DNA from: Minisyncoccota bacterium
Lineage (GTDB): Bacteria; Patescibacteriota; Minisyncoccia; Phycocordibacterales; UBA9973
DNA length: 64,000 nucleotides
Direction: 5' to 3'
Assembly (NCBI GenBank): GCA_041662525.1
Contig: JBAZSF010000004.1
Coordinates: 1,190 to 65,189 of the forward strand
Shown here: piece after piece, positions 9,876 through 19,861 of the stretch
How positions within the stretch are numbered: position 1 is the stretch's first letter
How the letters are laid out: each line of letters opens with the position of its first letter
Program-made: the position numbers and the translations under genes
The notes under the pieces: generated by a model
The model's input: the letters and a program-made list of their open reading frames with translations, nothing else
What the model was told of the DNA's origin: nothing
Databases searched by the model: none

Positions 9876-11708
9876 ATGGATTTAAAACACATTAGAAATT
9901 TTAGTATTATCGCTCACATTGACCATGGTAAAAGTACTTTGGCAGACAGAATGCTTGAAATTACACATACTATAGAAACACGCAAAATGCGGGATCAAGT
10001 ATTGGATTCTATGGACCTGGAGCGTGAAAGAGGAATTACTATCAAAATGCAACCAGTTCGAATGGAGTATGTTTTCGAAGGCGAAAATTATATTTTAAAT
10101 CTTATTGATACCCCTGGGCATATAGATTTTTCTTATGAAGTGTCTAGAGCTCTGAAGGCAGTAGAGGGGTCTATTTTACTTGTTGATTCAACTCAAGGAG
10201 TGCAAGCACAAACGCTTACTACTCTTGCTATGGCTCGCGATAGTGGACTCAAGATTATTCCTGTACTTTCTAAAATTGATTCTCCATTATCTAGGGTTGA
10301 TGAGGTTAAAGAGGAAGTGGTGGAACTTTTGAATTGTGATCCAGATGAAATTTTATTAGTTTCTGGGCGTACAGGAGAAGGAGTACCCGAGCTTTTAAAA
10401 GAAGTCATAAAACGAATTTCAGAACCAAAAGAAACTATTTCGGACGTTGGACGTCCGGATTTCCGAGGTCCAACGTCCGAAATATTACGCGCATTAGTTT
10501 TTGATTTTAAATATTCAAATCATAGAGGGGTGATAGTTTTTGTGCGAGTTTTTGATGGAAAAGTTGCTAAGGGTGATAGTTTAAATTTTGCAGTTTCTGG
10601 TGAGAAATTTACCGCTCTCGAAGTTGGGACTTTTTCTCCAGAAGAAACTCCTCGAGATTTTCTTTATCCCGGAGATACGGGTTATATTGTTACTGGTATA
10701 AAGAAACCCGGCATAGCATCTGTCGGAGATACTATTACGATGTCTAAAAATCCATTGGAAGCTTTTGAGGGCTATATGCAACCATTGCCTGTAGTGTGGG
10801 CGAGCGTATTTCCAGAAGACGCAGATGATTTTGCCGAATTAAAACTTGCCTTAGGAAAATTAAAACTATCTGATTCAGCCTTTTCACATGAAGAAGAATC
10901 CTCTGGGTCTTTAGGTAGAGGATTTAGGTGTGGATTTTTAGGAATGCTTCATTTGGAAATTATTACCGAGAGACTAAAAAGAGAATTTAATTTAGAACTT
11001 GTCGTTACTACTCCATCTATAACTTATGAAGTAACAAACAAACATGGTAAAAAAGAAAAAATTTATTCCCCATATTTTTTTCCAGATGATGGAAATATAG
11101 AAGATGTGCATGAGCCTTGGGTGGATGCAAAAATAATTAGCCCGTCTTTTTACCTAGGAGCTATTATGCAACTTCTTTTTGACCATGAGGCAGAAGTAGG
11201 AGAGACGGATAATTTTGGGGACAATAGATCATCAATTAGTGTCAAAATGCCTTTGCGTGAATTGATGCGAAATTTCTTTGATGAATTAAAAAGTGTTTCT
11301 TCAGGTTATGCTTCCATTTCTTATAAATTAAATGAAAATCGTGAAGCGAGTGTGACTAGATTAGACATTTTGGTGGCGGATGAAATAGTGCCAGCTTTTT
11401 CTAGAGTTGTTTCTAAAAAGAGAGCAGAAGTTGAAGCAGAAAATGCAGTTTTAAAATTAGAAGGTTTGCTTCCTAGACAGATGTTTACTTTGAAAATTCA
11501 AGGTCGCGCTTTTGGGCGCATTATTTCTTCTCGTACTCTTTCAGGTATGAAAAAAGATGTGACTCAACATATGTATGGAGGAGATATTACTCGAAAAATG
11601 AAACTTCGAGAGAAACAAAAGAAAGGCAAAAAGAAAATGAAAGAGCGCGGACGCGTTAATATTCCACAAGATGTATTCCTAAAAATGATGCGATCAGGGG
11701 AAAAGTAG
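9876..11708 (+). CDS. lepA: Elongation factor 4 (LepA)
   Basis: NFSIIAHIDHGKSTLADR G1 motif, DTPGHIDF, and the LepA-specific C-terminal domain. Contains an in-frame GC-rich palindromic insert at 10436-10484. Confidence 0.95.
   Translation: MDLKHIRNFSIIAHIDHGKSTLADRMLEITHTIETRKMRDQVLDSMDLERERGITIKMQPVRMEYVFEGENYILNLIDTPGHIDFSYEVSRALKAVEGSILLVDSTQGVQAQTLTTLAMARDSGLKIIPVLSKIDSPLSRVDEVKEEVVELLNCDPDEILLVSGRTGEGVPELLKEVIKRISEPKETISDVGRPDFRGPTSEILRALVFDFKYSNHRGVIVFVRVFDGKVAKGDSLNFAVSGEKFTALEVGTFSPEETPRDFLYPGDTGYIVTGIKKPGIASVGDTITMSKNPLEAFEGYMQPLPVVWASVFPEDADDFAELKLALGKLKLSDSAFSHEEESSGSLGRGFRCGFLGMLHLEIITERLKREFNLELVVTTPSITYEVTNKHGKKEKIYSPYFFPDDGNIEDVHEPWVDAKIISPSFYLGAIMQLLFDHEAEVGETDNFGDNRSSISVKMPLRELMRNFFDELKSVSSGYASISYKLNENREASVTRLDILVADEIVPAFSRVVSKKRAEVEAENAVLKLEGLLPRQMFTLKIQGRAFGRIISSRTLSGMKKDVTQHMYGGDITRKMKLREKQKKGKKKMKERGRVNIPQDVFLKMMRSGEK
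10436..10484. repeat. GC-rich perfect palindrome embedded in-frame in lepA
   Basis: tatttcggacgttggac…gtccaacgtccgaaata: 17-bp arms with a 15-nt spacer. GC-rich against an AT-rich background. Encodes …SDVGRPDFRGPTSE…. Confidence 0.7.
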
Positions 11709-11712
11709 AGAT

Positions 11713-11860
11713 TAAAAAAATCTAAAATAAACTTTTTCCGGTACGGATTTTTCGAAGCTTGAAAAATCTCTTCGAGCCTGAGGCCCTCAGAGCCGAAGGC
11801 CTGAAATTCTCGGCTCGACAGCCTCGAAACCCCTCCAAAAGCTTATTTTAGATTTTTTTA
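11713..11860 (+). mobile_element. MITE-like element, copy 1, with ~25-bp AT-rich terminal inverted repeats and a GC-rich structured core
   Basis: Left TIR taaaaaaatctaaaataaacttttt and right TIR caaaagcttattttagattttttta are near-perfect reverse complements. The core (ggtacggatttttcgaagcttgaaaaatct … ttctcggctcgacagcctcgaaacccct) recurs at 48961-49078. Inserted immediately after the lepA stop. Confidence 0.65.
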
Positions 11861-12030
11861 TCTAAAAATCGGTGAGTAAAGCAATATCATACTGATAATA
11901 ATCAATATGCTAACGATAGCCCAAGCAATTTGTATCTTCTTTTGATGTTTTTTGTTGAAAAGCATATACTAAGTATATCATATTATGACCCGTTCGACAA
12001 ACTCAGGGTCATGGTGAATAAAATTGAACC

Positions 12031-12405
12031 ATGAGAAATTTTCAAGAAAAAAGAGGTTGGAGAAATATAGTTCAATCAAAACCATTTTTAATATTTTTTG
12101 GCATTGTAATATTGTTTTTTTCTTGGAATGTTTTTACTTTCTGGAATAAAATGCAAGAGACGGTAAAAAATAAAAAAATAGTCGAAGATAAAGTTGCTTT
12201 ATTGAAACAACAAAAAGAAAATATTTCTTCTGAAATAAATAGTTTAAATACAGTAGAAGGTAAGGAAAAATTTTTTAGAGAAAATTTGGGCTTAGCAAAA
12301 GAGGGGGAAGATATGACCATAATAGTAGAAGAAAAAAAATTACCCGAAGTTTCCAAACCAGCATCTTCAGGATTTTGGTCTTTTTTTATTAATTTGTTTA
12401 AATAA
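12031..12405 (+). CDS. Septum formation initiator-like protein (FtsB/DivIC family candidate)
   Basis: Single N-terminal TM followed by a coiled-coil-rich segment. Small size. Confidence 0.4.
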   Translation: MRNFQEKRGWRNIVQSKPFLIFFGIVILFFSWNVFTFWNKMQETVKNKKIVEDKVALLKQQKENISSEINSLNTVEGKEKFFRENLGLAKEGEDMTIIVEEKKLPEVSKPASSGFWSFFINLFK

Positions 12406-12426
12406 TATTTATGATACAATAAAACT

Positions 12427-13434
12427 ATGAAAATTATATTTTTTGAGGTACCAAAAGTAGAACAAGCCTCTTTTCCACAATCCATAAATGGAACCGAAGT
12501 TTCTTTTTTTGAGGAAAAATTAAATGAAAATAGTGTTGAAAAAGCAAAAGATGCGGATGTGGTCAGTATTTTTGTTACTTCAACAATAAATAAAAATGTT
12601 ATAGATGCAATACCAAATTTAAAGTTTATCGCTACGCGTTCTACAGGTTTTGATCACATTGATTGTGTTTATGCCTCCACTAAAGGTATAAAAGTTTCGA
12701 ATGTACCTGCTTATGGTTCTCATACCGTAGCTGAGTTTGCCTTTACTTTAATGTTAAGTCTTTCGAGAAATATAATAAAAGCAAATAATTATCTGACAGA
12801 TTCCTTAGATTTTCATTATTTTTCGAATATGGAAGGTTTTGATTTAAACAATAAAACGCTTGGTGTCGTGGGTACAGGAAAAATTGGGAAAAATGTCGTA
12901 AAAATTGCCCAAGGTTTTAATATGAATGTCATTGCTTATGATTTATATCCAGACTTAGTTTTTGCAAAAGAAAATAATTTTACATATAAAAGTTTAGCAG
13001 AAGTTGTGTCTCTGGCTGATATTGTAACTCTCCATACTCCTTATAATAAAGATGATGGTTATTTAATAAATAAAGAAAATATTTCTTTAATGAAAAAAGG
13101 AACTTATTTGATAAATACAGCTAGAGGGGAGCTTGTAGATACTGAGGCACTCGTCTCCGGTTTAAAAGAGGGAATTATCGCTGGTTTTGGAGCAGATGTA
13201 TTAGAAGGTGAGAAACCATTAAAAGAGGGGGCTAGTTTTTTGACTAGTGGTAAAGCAACAGAGGAAGAAAAAAAGATAATAAACTTGAATCTTGAACTTA
13301 TAAAAATGCCTAATGTTATCATAACTCCCCATATTGCTTTTTATACTCGTGAAGCAGTTGCTTCAATATTGAAAACGACGGTTGATAATATTCAAGGTTT
13401 TTTGGCGGGGAGTCCGATAAATTTAATAAAATAA
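12427..13434 (+). CDS. D-isomer-specific 2-hydroxyacid dehydrogenase (NAD-binding)
   Basis: GVVGTGKIGKNV Rossmann motif. Catalytic-domain layout of the D-2-hydroxyacid dehydrogenase family. Confidence 0.85.
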   Translation: MKIIFFEVPKVEQASFPQSINGTEVSFFEEKLNENSVEKAKDADVVSIFVTSTINKNVIDAIPNLKFIATRSTGFDHIDCVYASTKGIKVSNVPAYGSHTVAEFAFTLMLSLSRNIIKANNYLTDSLDFHYFSNMEGFDLNNKTLGVVGTGKIGKNVVKIAQGFNMNVIAYDLYPDLVFAKENNFTYKSLAEVVSLADIVTLHTPYNKDDGYLINKENISLMKKGTYLINTARGELVDTEALVSGLKEGIIAGFGADVLEGEKPLKEGASFLTSGKATEEEKKIINLNLELIKMPNVIITPHIAFYTREAVASILKTTVDNIQGFLAGSPINLIK

Positions 13435-13438
13435 TATT

Positions 13439-14788
13439 ATGACCAAGCATTGGATCAAAAATTTTGATCAGTTGGCTACGACTGAAAATAGGAAAAATGC
13501 GTTAAAAATAGTAGAAGCTGGTTTTGATGCTATAAATACAGAGGAAGTAATAAAAAACAAGATAAAACTTGAAGATAATATTTTATTTATTAATAACGAA
13601 AGTTTCGATTTAAATAAATTCAAAAACATAAAAGTTGTTGGTTTTGGTAAAGATTCCATGGATGGCGCCTTAGCAATTGAGAAAATTTTAGGTTCTAAGA
13701 TAAAGGAAGGTGCTGTCATCGGAATTACTAAAGTAGATTGCACACACATTGAAACTTTTACAGGTACACATCCTAGGCCAAGCGAGGTAAATGTTACTGC
13801 AGGAAAAAAGATATATGAAATGATTAAAGATTCTAATACTGATGATTTGATTATTGTTCTTGTTTCTGGTGGAGGATCATCTCTTTTGTGTTACCCTGAG
13901 AGTGAAAATACAGAAGGTTCAAAACTCTATGATGCATTTTTGGGATCTGGTAAAACAATCATTGAGATGAATACTATTAGAAAACATTTGTCTCTCTTGA
14001 AAGGGGGTGGTTTAGCAAAGTTAGCTTACCCAGCTACCGTTATCGGTCTTATTTTTTCTGATGTTCCCGGAAATGATTTTGAGGATGTTGCCTCTGGGGC
14101 AACTTATAAGGATGAAACCACTATAGATGATGCGAAAAAAATTATTACCGAGAATAATTTAGGAGAATTTGATTTGATTGAAACTCCCAAAGAAGATAAA
14201 TATTTTGAAAAAGTTCATAATTTTGTTTTAGTTTCAAACAAAACTGCAGTGGAAGCAATGGCGAAAAAAGCGGAAGAATTTAATTTAGAAACTAATATTG
14301 TTTCAACTGAATTATATGATGAAATAAAAGAAGCGCTTAAAAAAATATTTTCCAGCAACAAAACCAATGAAGGATTTTCTCAGGTCCTCGGTTCTCCGGG
14401 TCCCTATCCCGGCCAGACCATTCAAAAACCCTTCATTGGTTTTGTTAAACTTGCAGCTGGTGAGCCAAGTATTGAAGTCACCAAAGAAGGAAGCAAGGGG
14501 GGTAGGAATTTACATATGGGATTAGAAGCTATAAAAATGAAATTAGTGGATGATGATTCTGTTTTTATAGCTTTTGCTTCAGATGGTATGGACAATAGCG
14601 ATGTGGCTGGAGCGATAATAGATAAAGATACTTTAGATAAAGTCGAAAAACTTGGTTTGGATGTTGATGATTATATAGAAAGATTTGATTCTTATGATTT
14701 TTTTCAAAAAACTGGGGATGTGATTATTACTGGACCTACTGGCGCGAATGTTTCTGATTTGATGATTCTTTTAACTAAGAAAAATTAA
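13439..14788 (+). CDS. Glycerate 2-kinase (MOFRL/DUF4147 family)
   Basis: …LVSGGGSSLL… and …LKGGGLAKLA… motifs characteristic of MOFRL-family glycerate kinases. Confidence 0.72.
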   Translation: MTKHWIKNFDQLATTENRKNALKIVEAGFDAINTEEVIKNKIKLEDNILFINNESFDLNKFKNIKVVGFGKDSMDGALAIEKILGSKIKEGAVIGITKVDCTHIETFTGTHPRPSEVNVTAGKKIYEMIKDSNTDDLIIVLVSGGGSSLLCYPESENTEGSKLYDAFLGSGKTIIEMNTIRKHLSLLKGGGLAKLAYPATVIGLIFSDVPGNDFEDVASGATYKDETTIDDAKKIITENNLGEFDLIETPKEDKYFEKVHNFVLVSNKTAVEAMAKKAEEFNLETNIVSTELYDEIKEALKKIFSSNKTNEGFSQVLGSPGPYPGQTIQKPFIGFVKLAAGEPSIEVTKEGSKGGRNLHMGLEAIKMKLVDDDSVFIAFASDGMDNSDVAGAIIDKDTLDKVEKLGLDVDDYIERFDSYDFFQKTGDVIITGPTGANVSDLMILLTKKN

Positions 14789-14864
14789 AAAAATGAATCC
14801 CGTTAGAAATTCAATAATGGGAAGTATGATTGATAAAATATTATAAATTAAAATTTCTAACGGG

Positions 14865-16100
14865 ATGAATAAAATTACAAAAATATTAGCAGAAGAAATA
14901 AATGATTCACGGGGGAATCCTACTATTAAGGTGACTGTATGGTGTGGAGAGGATTATGGAAATTTTTCTGTTCCTTCCGGGGCATCTACGGGGGCTCATG
15001 AAGCTCATGAATTGCGGGATGCTGACGGCAAAGGGGTAAAAAATGATCTAGAAAAAGTAAATAAAATTATTGCTCCAGTTTTAATAGGACAAGATATTTT
15101 AAATCAAAAAGAAATAGATAGAATAATGATTGAGTTAGACGGCACTTCTAATAAAGATAATTTAGGCGGTAATTCTATGATCGGTGTTAGTATCGCTTGT
15201 GCAAAAGTAGGGGCAAAAGTTTCTGGCTTAGAAACTTTTGCCTATTTACGAACCCTGGCTGAAATAAAACCATCCCTTCGGTTAGACTCAGGGCAAGCAA
15301 AAAAAGTTCCTTATTTATATATGAATTTAATAAATGGAGGCAAACACGCAAAAAATAATTTGGCTTTTCAGGAATATCATATTGTGCCTGATACGGAAAA
15401 CATAGAAGAAGCTGTGAAAATAGGAATATCTATACAAAATACTTTAAAAGAAATAATCTTGAAAGATTTGCGTGAAGATTCTGTGGTATTGGGAGATGAA
15501 GGAGGATTTGCTCCAAAAATAAGTGATATAAAGCAACCACTTTTTTATCTTCGAGCTGCGATAAAGCAAAATGACTTAGAAGACAAAGTGAGACTTGCTC
15601 TAGATGTAGCTAGTTCTTCGTTTTATAAAAATGGAATATATAAAATTGATGGTAAAGATGTTTCTAAAGAAGAACTATTAGATATTTACGGTTCTCTTAT
15701 TAAAGAATTTAATTTACTTTCGATTGAAGACCCTTTTTATGAAGAAGATTTTGAAAGCTTTAAAAAGTTAAAAGAAAATAATAAAACCATAGTCGTTGGA
15801 GATGATTTGACCGTTACCAATAAAAATCTTTTACAAAAAGCCATAGAAAAGGGGTGCATAAATGCAATGATTATTAAGCCGAACCAAATCGGTACCCTGA
15901 CAGAGACATTGGAAACGATGAAATTAGCCAGAGAAAATAATATTGAGTTGATTGTCAGCCACAGGAGCGGGGAAACAGATGATGATTTTATTGCTGATTT
16001 AGCTTTTGCATTTCATTGTTTTGGTTTAAAAGCTGGTGCTCCCACAAAGCCAGAAAGAATGGTAAAATATGATAGGTTAATAAAGATTATAAATTATTAG
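14865..16100 (+). CDS. eno: Enolase
   Basis: …SRGNPTIKVTVW… N-terminus, …SHRSGETDD… and the IKPNQIGTLTE motif. Confidence 0.95.
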   Translation: MNKITKILAEEINDSRGNPTIKVTVWCGEDYGNFSVPSGASTGAHEAHELRDADGKGVKNDLEKVNKIIAPVLIGQDILNQKEIDRIMIELDGTSNKDNLGGNSMIGVSIACAKVGAKVSGLETFAYLRTLAEIKPSLRLDSGQAKKVPYLYMNLINGGKHAKNNLAFQEYHIVPDTENIEEAVKIGISIQNTLKEIILKDLREDSVVLGDEGGFAPKISDIKQPLFYLRAAIKQNDLEDKVRLALDVASSSFYKNGIYKIDGKDVSKEELLDIYGSLIKEFNLLSIEDPFYEEDFESFKKLKENNKTIVVGDDLTVTNKNLLQKAIEKGCINAMIIKPNQIGTLTETLETMKLARENNIELIVSHRSGETDDDFIADLAFAFHCFGLKAGAPTKPERMVKYDRLIKIINY

Positions 16101-16119
16101 TAATAAGCAAGAATTATTT

Positions 16120-18540
16120 ATGGAAGAAGGGAAAAAAGGAGTTTTTGTAAAGTGGTTCAATGAAGTGAATATCGATGATGTGGGAATTGTGGGAGGGAAG
16201 AATGCAGCTTTGGGAGAAATGTTTTCTAATCTTGTACCACTTGGTATAAATATACCAGATGGTTTTGCTCTTACAGCAGACGCATATAGACATTTTTTTA
16301 AAGATACAGGTTTAGATGAAAAAATAAAAGAAATCCTTGCTGATTTAGATACTAAAGATCTTCGCAATCTTCAAAAAAGAGGAGAAAAGGTCCGCAATGC
16401 TATTTTAAAAGCTAAATTACCACAAGATCTAAATGATGTAATTAAAGAATATTATATAAAGTTGGGGGAAAAATACGGCAAAGATCCGGACGTAGCTGTA
16501 CGTTCTTCGGCTACAGCCGAAGATCTTCCGGGGGCTTCTTTTGCTGGTCAACAAGAAACTTATTTAAATATTCAGGGCATCGACAATGTTTTGGAAGCAA
16601 CAAAAAAATGTATTGCTTCTCTCTTCACAGATAGAGCTATCTCTTATCGAGCTGATAAAGGATTTTCACATTTTGATGTAGCACTTTCTGTAGGTGTTCA
16701 ATGCATGATACGTTCAGATCTTTCTTCCTCAGGTGTGGCTTTTACCATAGACACTGAAACAGGTTTTGATAAAGTCGTGGTGGTTACTAGTATTTATGGT
16801 TTAGGAGAATTTATCGTCCAAGGCAAAGTTATCCCAGATGAATATATAATTTTCAAACCTGCTCTCGATAATGGAAATAAGTATCCTATAATTTCAAAAA
16901 ATATTGGTAAGAAAAATATAAAACTCGTGTATGCCAGAAATGGAACTAAAGAAGAAAAAGTATCAGCAGAGGAGCAACAAAAATTTTCTCTTTCAGATAC
17001 CGAAGTGATAAAGCTCGCAACATGGTGTTATGAGATAGAAAAATATTTCTCGAAAAGACATGGGCATTATCAACCTATGGATATCGAATGGGCAAAGGAC
17101 GGAAAAACAGGAGAGCTTTATATAGTGCAGGCTCGTCCTGAGACTGTTGCTTCAGCCAATGATAGAAACATTTTGAAAGAATATAAACTTGAAAAAACTA
17201 GTAATGTTCGATTAAAAGGTATTGCTGTGGGCTCTAAGATCGGCGCAGGAAAGGTGCGGGTGTTAGATAACGCAAAAGATATTAATGCATTTAAAGAAGG
17301 AGAAGTTTTGGTTACGGAAATTACTGACCCAGATTGGGAACCTATCATGAAGATAGCGAGCGCTATTGTGACGGATAAGGGAGGGCGTACATCACATGCA
17401 GCCATAGTGTCGAGAGAGCTCGGTATTCCTTGCATCGTGGGTTCTAATAATGCTACTAGTTTATTAAAAACAGGGGAAGAAGTGACCGTGGATTGTTCTT
17501 CTGGAAATGTTGGTAATGTCTATGAAGGAATTTTACCATTTAAAATAAATGAACATCACTTAGACAAAATACCTCAAATACAAACAAAGATCATGGTGAA
17601 TATCGGTTCTCCAGATGAAGCTTTTAAGAATTACAATCTTCCAGCGGAGGGTGTGGGCCTCGGAAGACTAGAATTCATAATCGCTTCACATATTGGTGTA
17701 CATCCAAATGTTTTGATTGATTATGATAAATTACAGCAAGAAAAGAAAACTCCTGAAATACAAAAAGTATTAAACAAGATCGATGAGCTTACACCTTTAT
17801 ATAAAGATAAGAAACAATATTATGTAGACAATCTTGCTTTAGGTATCGCAAAGATTGGTGCAACATTTTATCCAAACAAAGTCATTATTCGTTTTTCTGA
17901 TTTCAAGACAAACGAGTACCGCACTTTACTAGGAGGAGAAATGTATGAACCTCATGAAGAGAATCCAATGTTGGGTTGGCGTGGAGCTTCAAGGTATTAC
18001 GATATAAAATTTAAAGAAGCTTTCAGTCTTGAATGTATTGCTATGAAACGTGTAAGAGAAGACATGGGTCTTACAAATGTTCTCCCTATGATTCCATTTT
18101 GTAGAACTCCAGAAGAGGGGAAACAAGTCATCGAAGTGATGAAAGAAAATGGTTTAGACCGCGAAAAAGATGAAACACTCAAAATTTATGTAATGTGTGA
18201 AATCCCTTCGAATATTCTTTTGGCTGATGAATTTCTTGATATTTTTGACGGTATGTCAATTGGATCTAATGATTTGACTCAGCTTACTCTAGGGCTCGAT
18301 CGAGATTCTGGCATAGTCACTCATATTGCAAATGAAAACAACCCTGCAGTAAAAAAACTGGTGGCTCAAATCATTCATAAATGTAAAGAAAAAGGGAAGT
18401 ATATAGGCATCTGTGGCCAAGCCCCATCCGACTATCCAGAGTTTGCTAAATTCCTAGTAGATGAAGGTATAGAAAGTATGTCGCTTAACCCTGATACAGT
18501 AATTAAAATAATCATGGCACTTGGGGAAAAAAATACATAG
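16120..18540 (+). CDS. ppsA: Phosphoenolpyruvate synthase (pyruvate, water dikinase)
   Basis: N-terminal PEP/pyruvate-binding ATP-grasp domain. Mobile domain GGRTSHAAIVSRELGIPCIVG. C-terminal PEP-utilising TIM barrel. 806 aa. Confidence 0.9.
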   Translation: MEEGKKGVFVKWFNEVNIDDVGIVGGKNAALGEMFSNLVPLGINIPDGFALTADAYRHFFKDTGLDEKIKEILADLDTKDLRNLQKRGEKVRNAILKAKLPQDLNDVIKEYYIKLGEKYGKDPDVAVRSSATAEDLPGASFAGQQETYLNIQGIDNVLEATKKCIASLFTDRAISYRADKGFSHFDVALSVGVQCMIRSDLSSSGVAFTIDTETGFDKVVVVTSIYGLGEFIVQGKVIPDEYIIFKPALDNGNKYPIISKNIGKKNIKLVYARNGTKEEKVSAEEQQKFSLSDTEVIKLATWCYEIEKYFSKRHGHYQPMDIEWAKDGKTGELYIVQARPETVASANDRNILKEYKLEKTSNVRLKGIAVGSKIGAGKVRVLDNAKDINAFKEGEVLVTEITDPDWEPIMKIASAIVTDKGGRTSHAAIVSRELGIPCIVGSNNATSLLKTGEEVTVDCSSGNVGNVYEGILPFKINEHHLDKIPQIQTKIMVNIGSPDEAFKNYNLPAEGVGLGRLEFIIASHIGVHPNVLIDYDKLQQEKKTPEIQKVLNKIDELTPLYKDKKQYYVDNLALGIAKIGATFYPNKVIIRFSDFKTNEYRTLLGGEMYEPHEENPMLGWRGASRYYDIKFKEAFSLECIAMKRVREDMGLTNVLPMIPFCRTPEEGKQVIEVMKENGLDREKDETLKIYVMCEIPSNILLADEFLDIFDGMSIGSNDLTQLTLGLDRDSGIVTHIANENNPAVKKLVAQIIHKCKEKGKYIGICGQAPSDYPEFAKFLVDEGIESMSLNPDTVIKIIMALGEKNT

Positions 18541-18559
18541 GAATTTCCTATGTATTGAG

Positions 18560-18630
18560 GCGGGATTGGTTTAGTGGTAGAATGAGTCCTTCCCAAGGAT
18601 TAGACGCGAGTTCGATTCTCGCATCCCGCA
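18560..18630 (+). tRNA. tRNA-Gly (anticodon CCC)
   Basis: Cloverleaf with acceptor GCGGGAT/ATCCCGC, anticodon stem AGTCC/GGATT, loop TTCCCAA, T-arm GCGAG-TTCGATT-CTCGC. No encoded CCA. Confidence 0.8.
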
Positions 18631-18703
18631 CAGAAATATGATAAAATAATGTATTAATATTTAATTTAGAAAAGCGTCGCGTTTTTAATGGACACTACAC
18701 GAC

Positions 18704-18955
18704 GTGATTCTGCAGAATCATATGCAAAAAGTAACAGTTTATTCAACAAATACGTGTCATTTTTGTCACTTGGCAAAAGATTTCTTTATTGAAAAGGGGA
18801 TAGTTTTCACGGAATATAATGTAGGAACTGATATAGAAAAAAGAAAAGAAATGATGGAAAAAAGCGGACAAATGGGTGTGCCTGTCATTATTATTGGCGA
18901 TGAAATTATTGTAGGTTTTGACAAGCAAAAAATAGTTCAACTCCTTGGACTTTAG
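18704..18955 (+). CDS. Glutaredoxin-like (NrdH/Grx family) small redox protein
   Basis: CHFC active-site CxxC near the N-terminus (KVTVYSTNTCHFCH) and …GVPVIIIGDEIIVGFD… glutaredoxin fold motif. The true start is probably the Met at 18722. Confidence 0.7.
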   Translation: MILQNHMQKVTVYSTNTCHFCHLAKDFFIEKGIVFTEYNVGTDIEKRKEMMEKSGQMGVPVIIIGDEIIVGFDKQKIVQLLGL

Positions 18956-18983
18956 TCTATTTCTAATATATTATTGTTCTATT

Positions 18984-19055
18984 GCCCTCGTAGTTCAATG
19001 GATAGAACAGTTCCGTCCTAAGGAATAGATGCACGTTCGATTCGTACCGAGGGCA
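18984..19055 (+). tRNA. tRNA-Arg (anticodon CCT)
   Basis: Acceptor GCCCTCG/CGAGGGC, anticodon stem GTTCC/GGAAT, loop GTCCTAA, T-loop TTCGATT. No encoded CCA. Confidence 0.75.
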
Positions 19056-19109
19056 CAAAAGGGTTCTTTTAGGAGTTGGTTTTTTAGAGAATTGTGTTAA
19101 AATATTAAC

Positions 19110-19817
19110 ATGATGGAAAAAACGTTTCAAAAACAAAAAGATGACCCTCTAGAACCAGAAAATACTTTAGAGGAAGTTAAGGTAGGAATGAGAGAGATGG
19201 TGGAAGAAACAAGAGCAAAAATAGAAAAACTTGAGACTGAAAATGAAGAGCTAAGAAATATTATCGAGAATTTAGATCATAGACTTCATATTGATTCCCT
19301 GACTGGTCTATTAAAAGATGTAGAGCCAAGATTGGGAAGATTAATCAAAAGACTAGAATTTTCCAAAGAATTAAAACCGGAACAATCTGCCTTACGTGCT
19401 ATTGTGATTGTTGCTATAGATTTAAATCGTTTTAAATTTTTAAATGATACTCATGGTCATGCTGCAGGAGATGAGGCATTAGTTCTTTTTGCTGAACGTC
19501 TTCAAGCAGTTTCAAGAGAGGGTAAGAATATTCTATTTAGACCCCATGGTGATGAGTTTGTTATGATACTTCCCATTGAAAATACAGAGGAAGCTATCAC
19601 CCCAGAAATTTATGAAACAATTTTTCAAAGACTTCAAAAAGAAGTGAATGATAATTTATTTGTTAAAGTTCCTGATGGAACTAATTTTCTGTTTTCCGCT
19701 TCAATGGGGTATGCAGTTTTGAAAAGGGGAGAGTCTAAAACTACTACAGAATTACTTCACGAGGCTGATTTGGAAATGTATAAAAATAAAGAAAAAAGAA
19801 AAGAAAAAAACGCATAA
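19110..19817 (+). CDS. GGDEF-domain protein with a variant HGDEF motif and an N-terminal coiled coil
   Basis: …IDLNRFKFLNDTHGHAAGDEALV…RPHGDEFVMIL… matches the GGDEF fold, with the first Gly of the signature replaced by His. Confidence 0.6.
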   Translation: MMEKTFQKQKDDPLEPENTLEEVKVGMREMVEETRAKIEKLETENEELRNIIENLDHRLHIDSLTGLLKDVEPRLGRLIKRLEFSKELKPEQSALRAIVIVAIDLNRFKFLNDTHGHAAGDEALVLFAERLQAVSREGKNILFRPHGDEFVMILPIENTEEAITPEIYETIFQRLQKEVNDNLFVKVPDGTNFLFSASMGYAVLKRGESKTTTELLHEADLEMYKNKEKRKEKNA

Positions 19818-19861
19818 ATTTGTACCTTTTATTTTATTTTAAATTATGCTAAATTATTGTT

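Noticed and set aside
11871-11966. About 31-aa hydrophobic minus-strand mini-ORF (MLFNKKHQKKIQIAWAIVSILIIISMILLYSP…) next to MITE copy 1
   Set aside because: Too short and with no translation signals I can verify. Possibly a small membrane peptide but unsupported.
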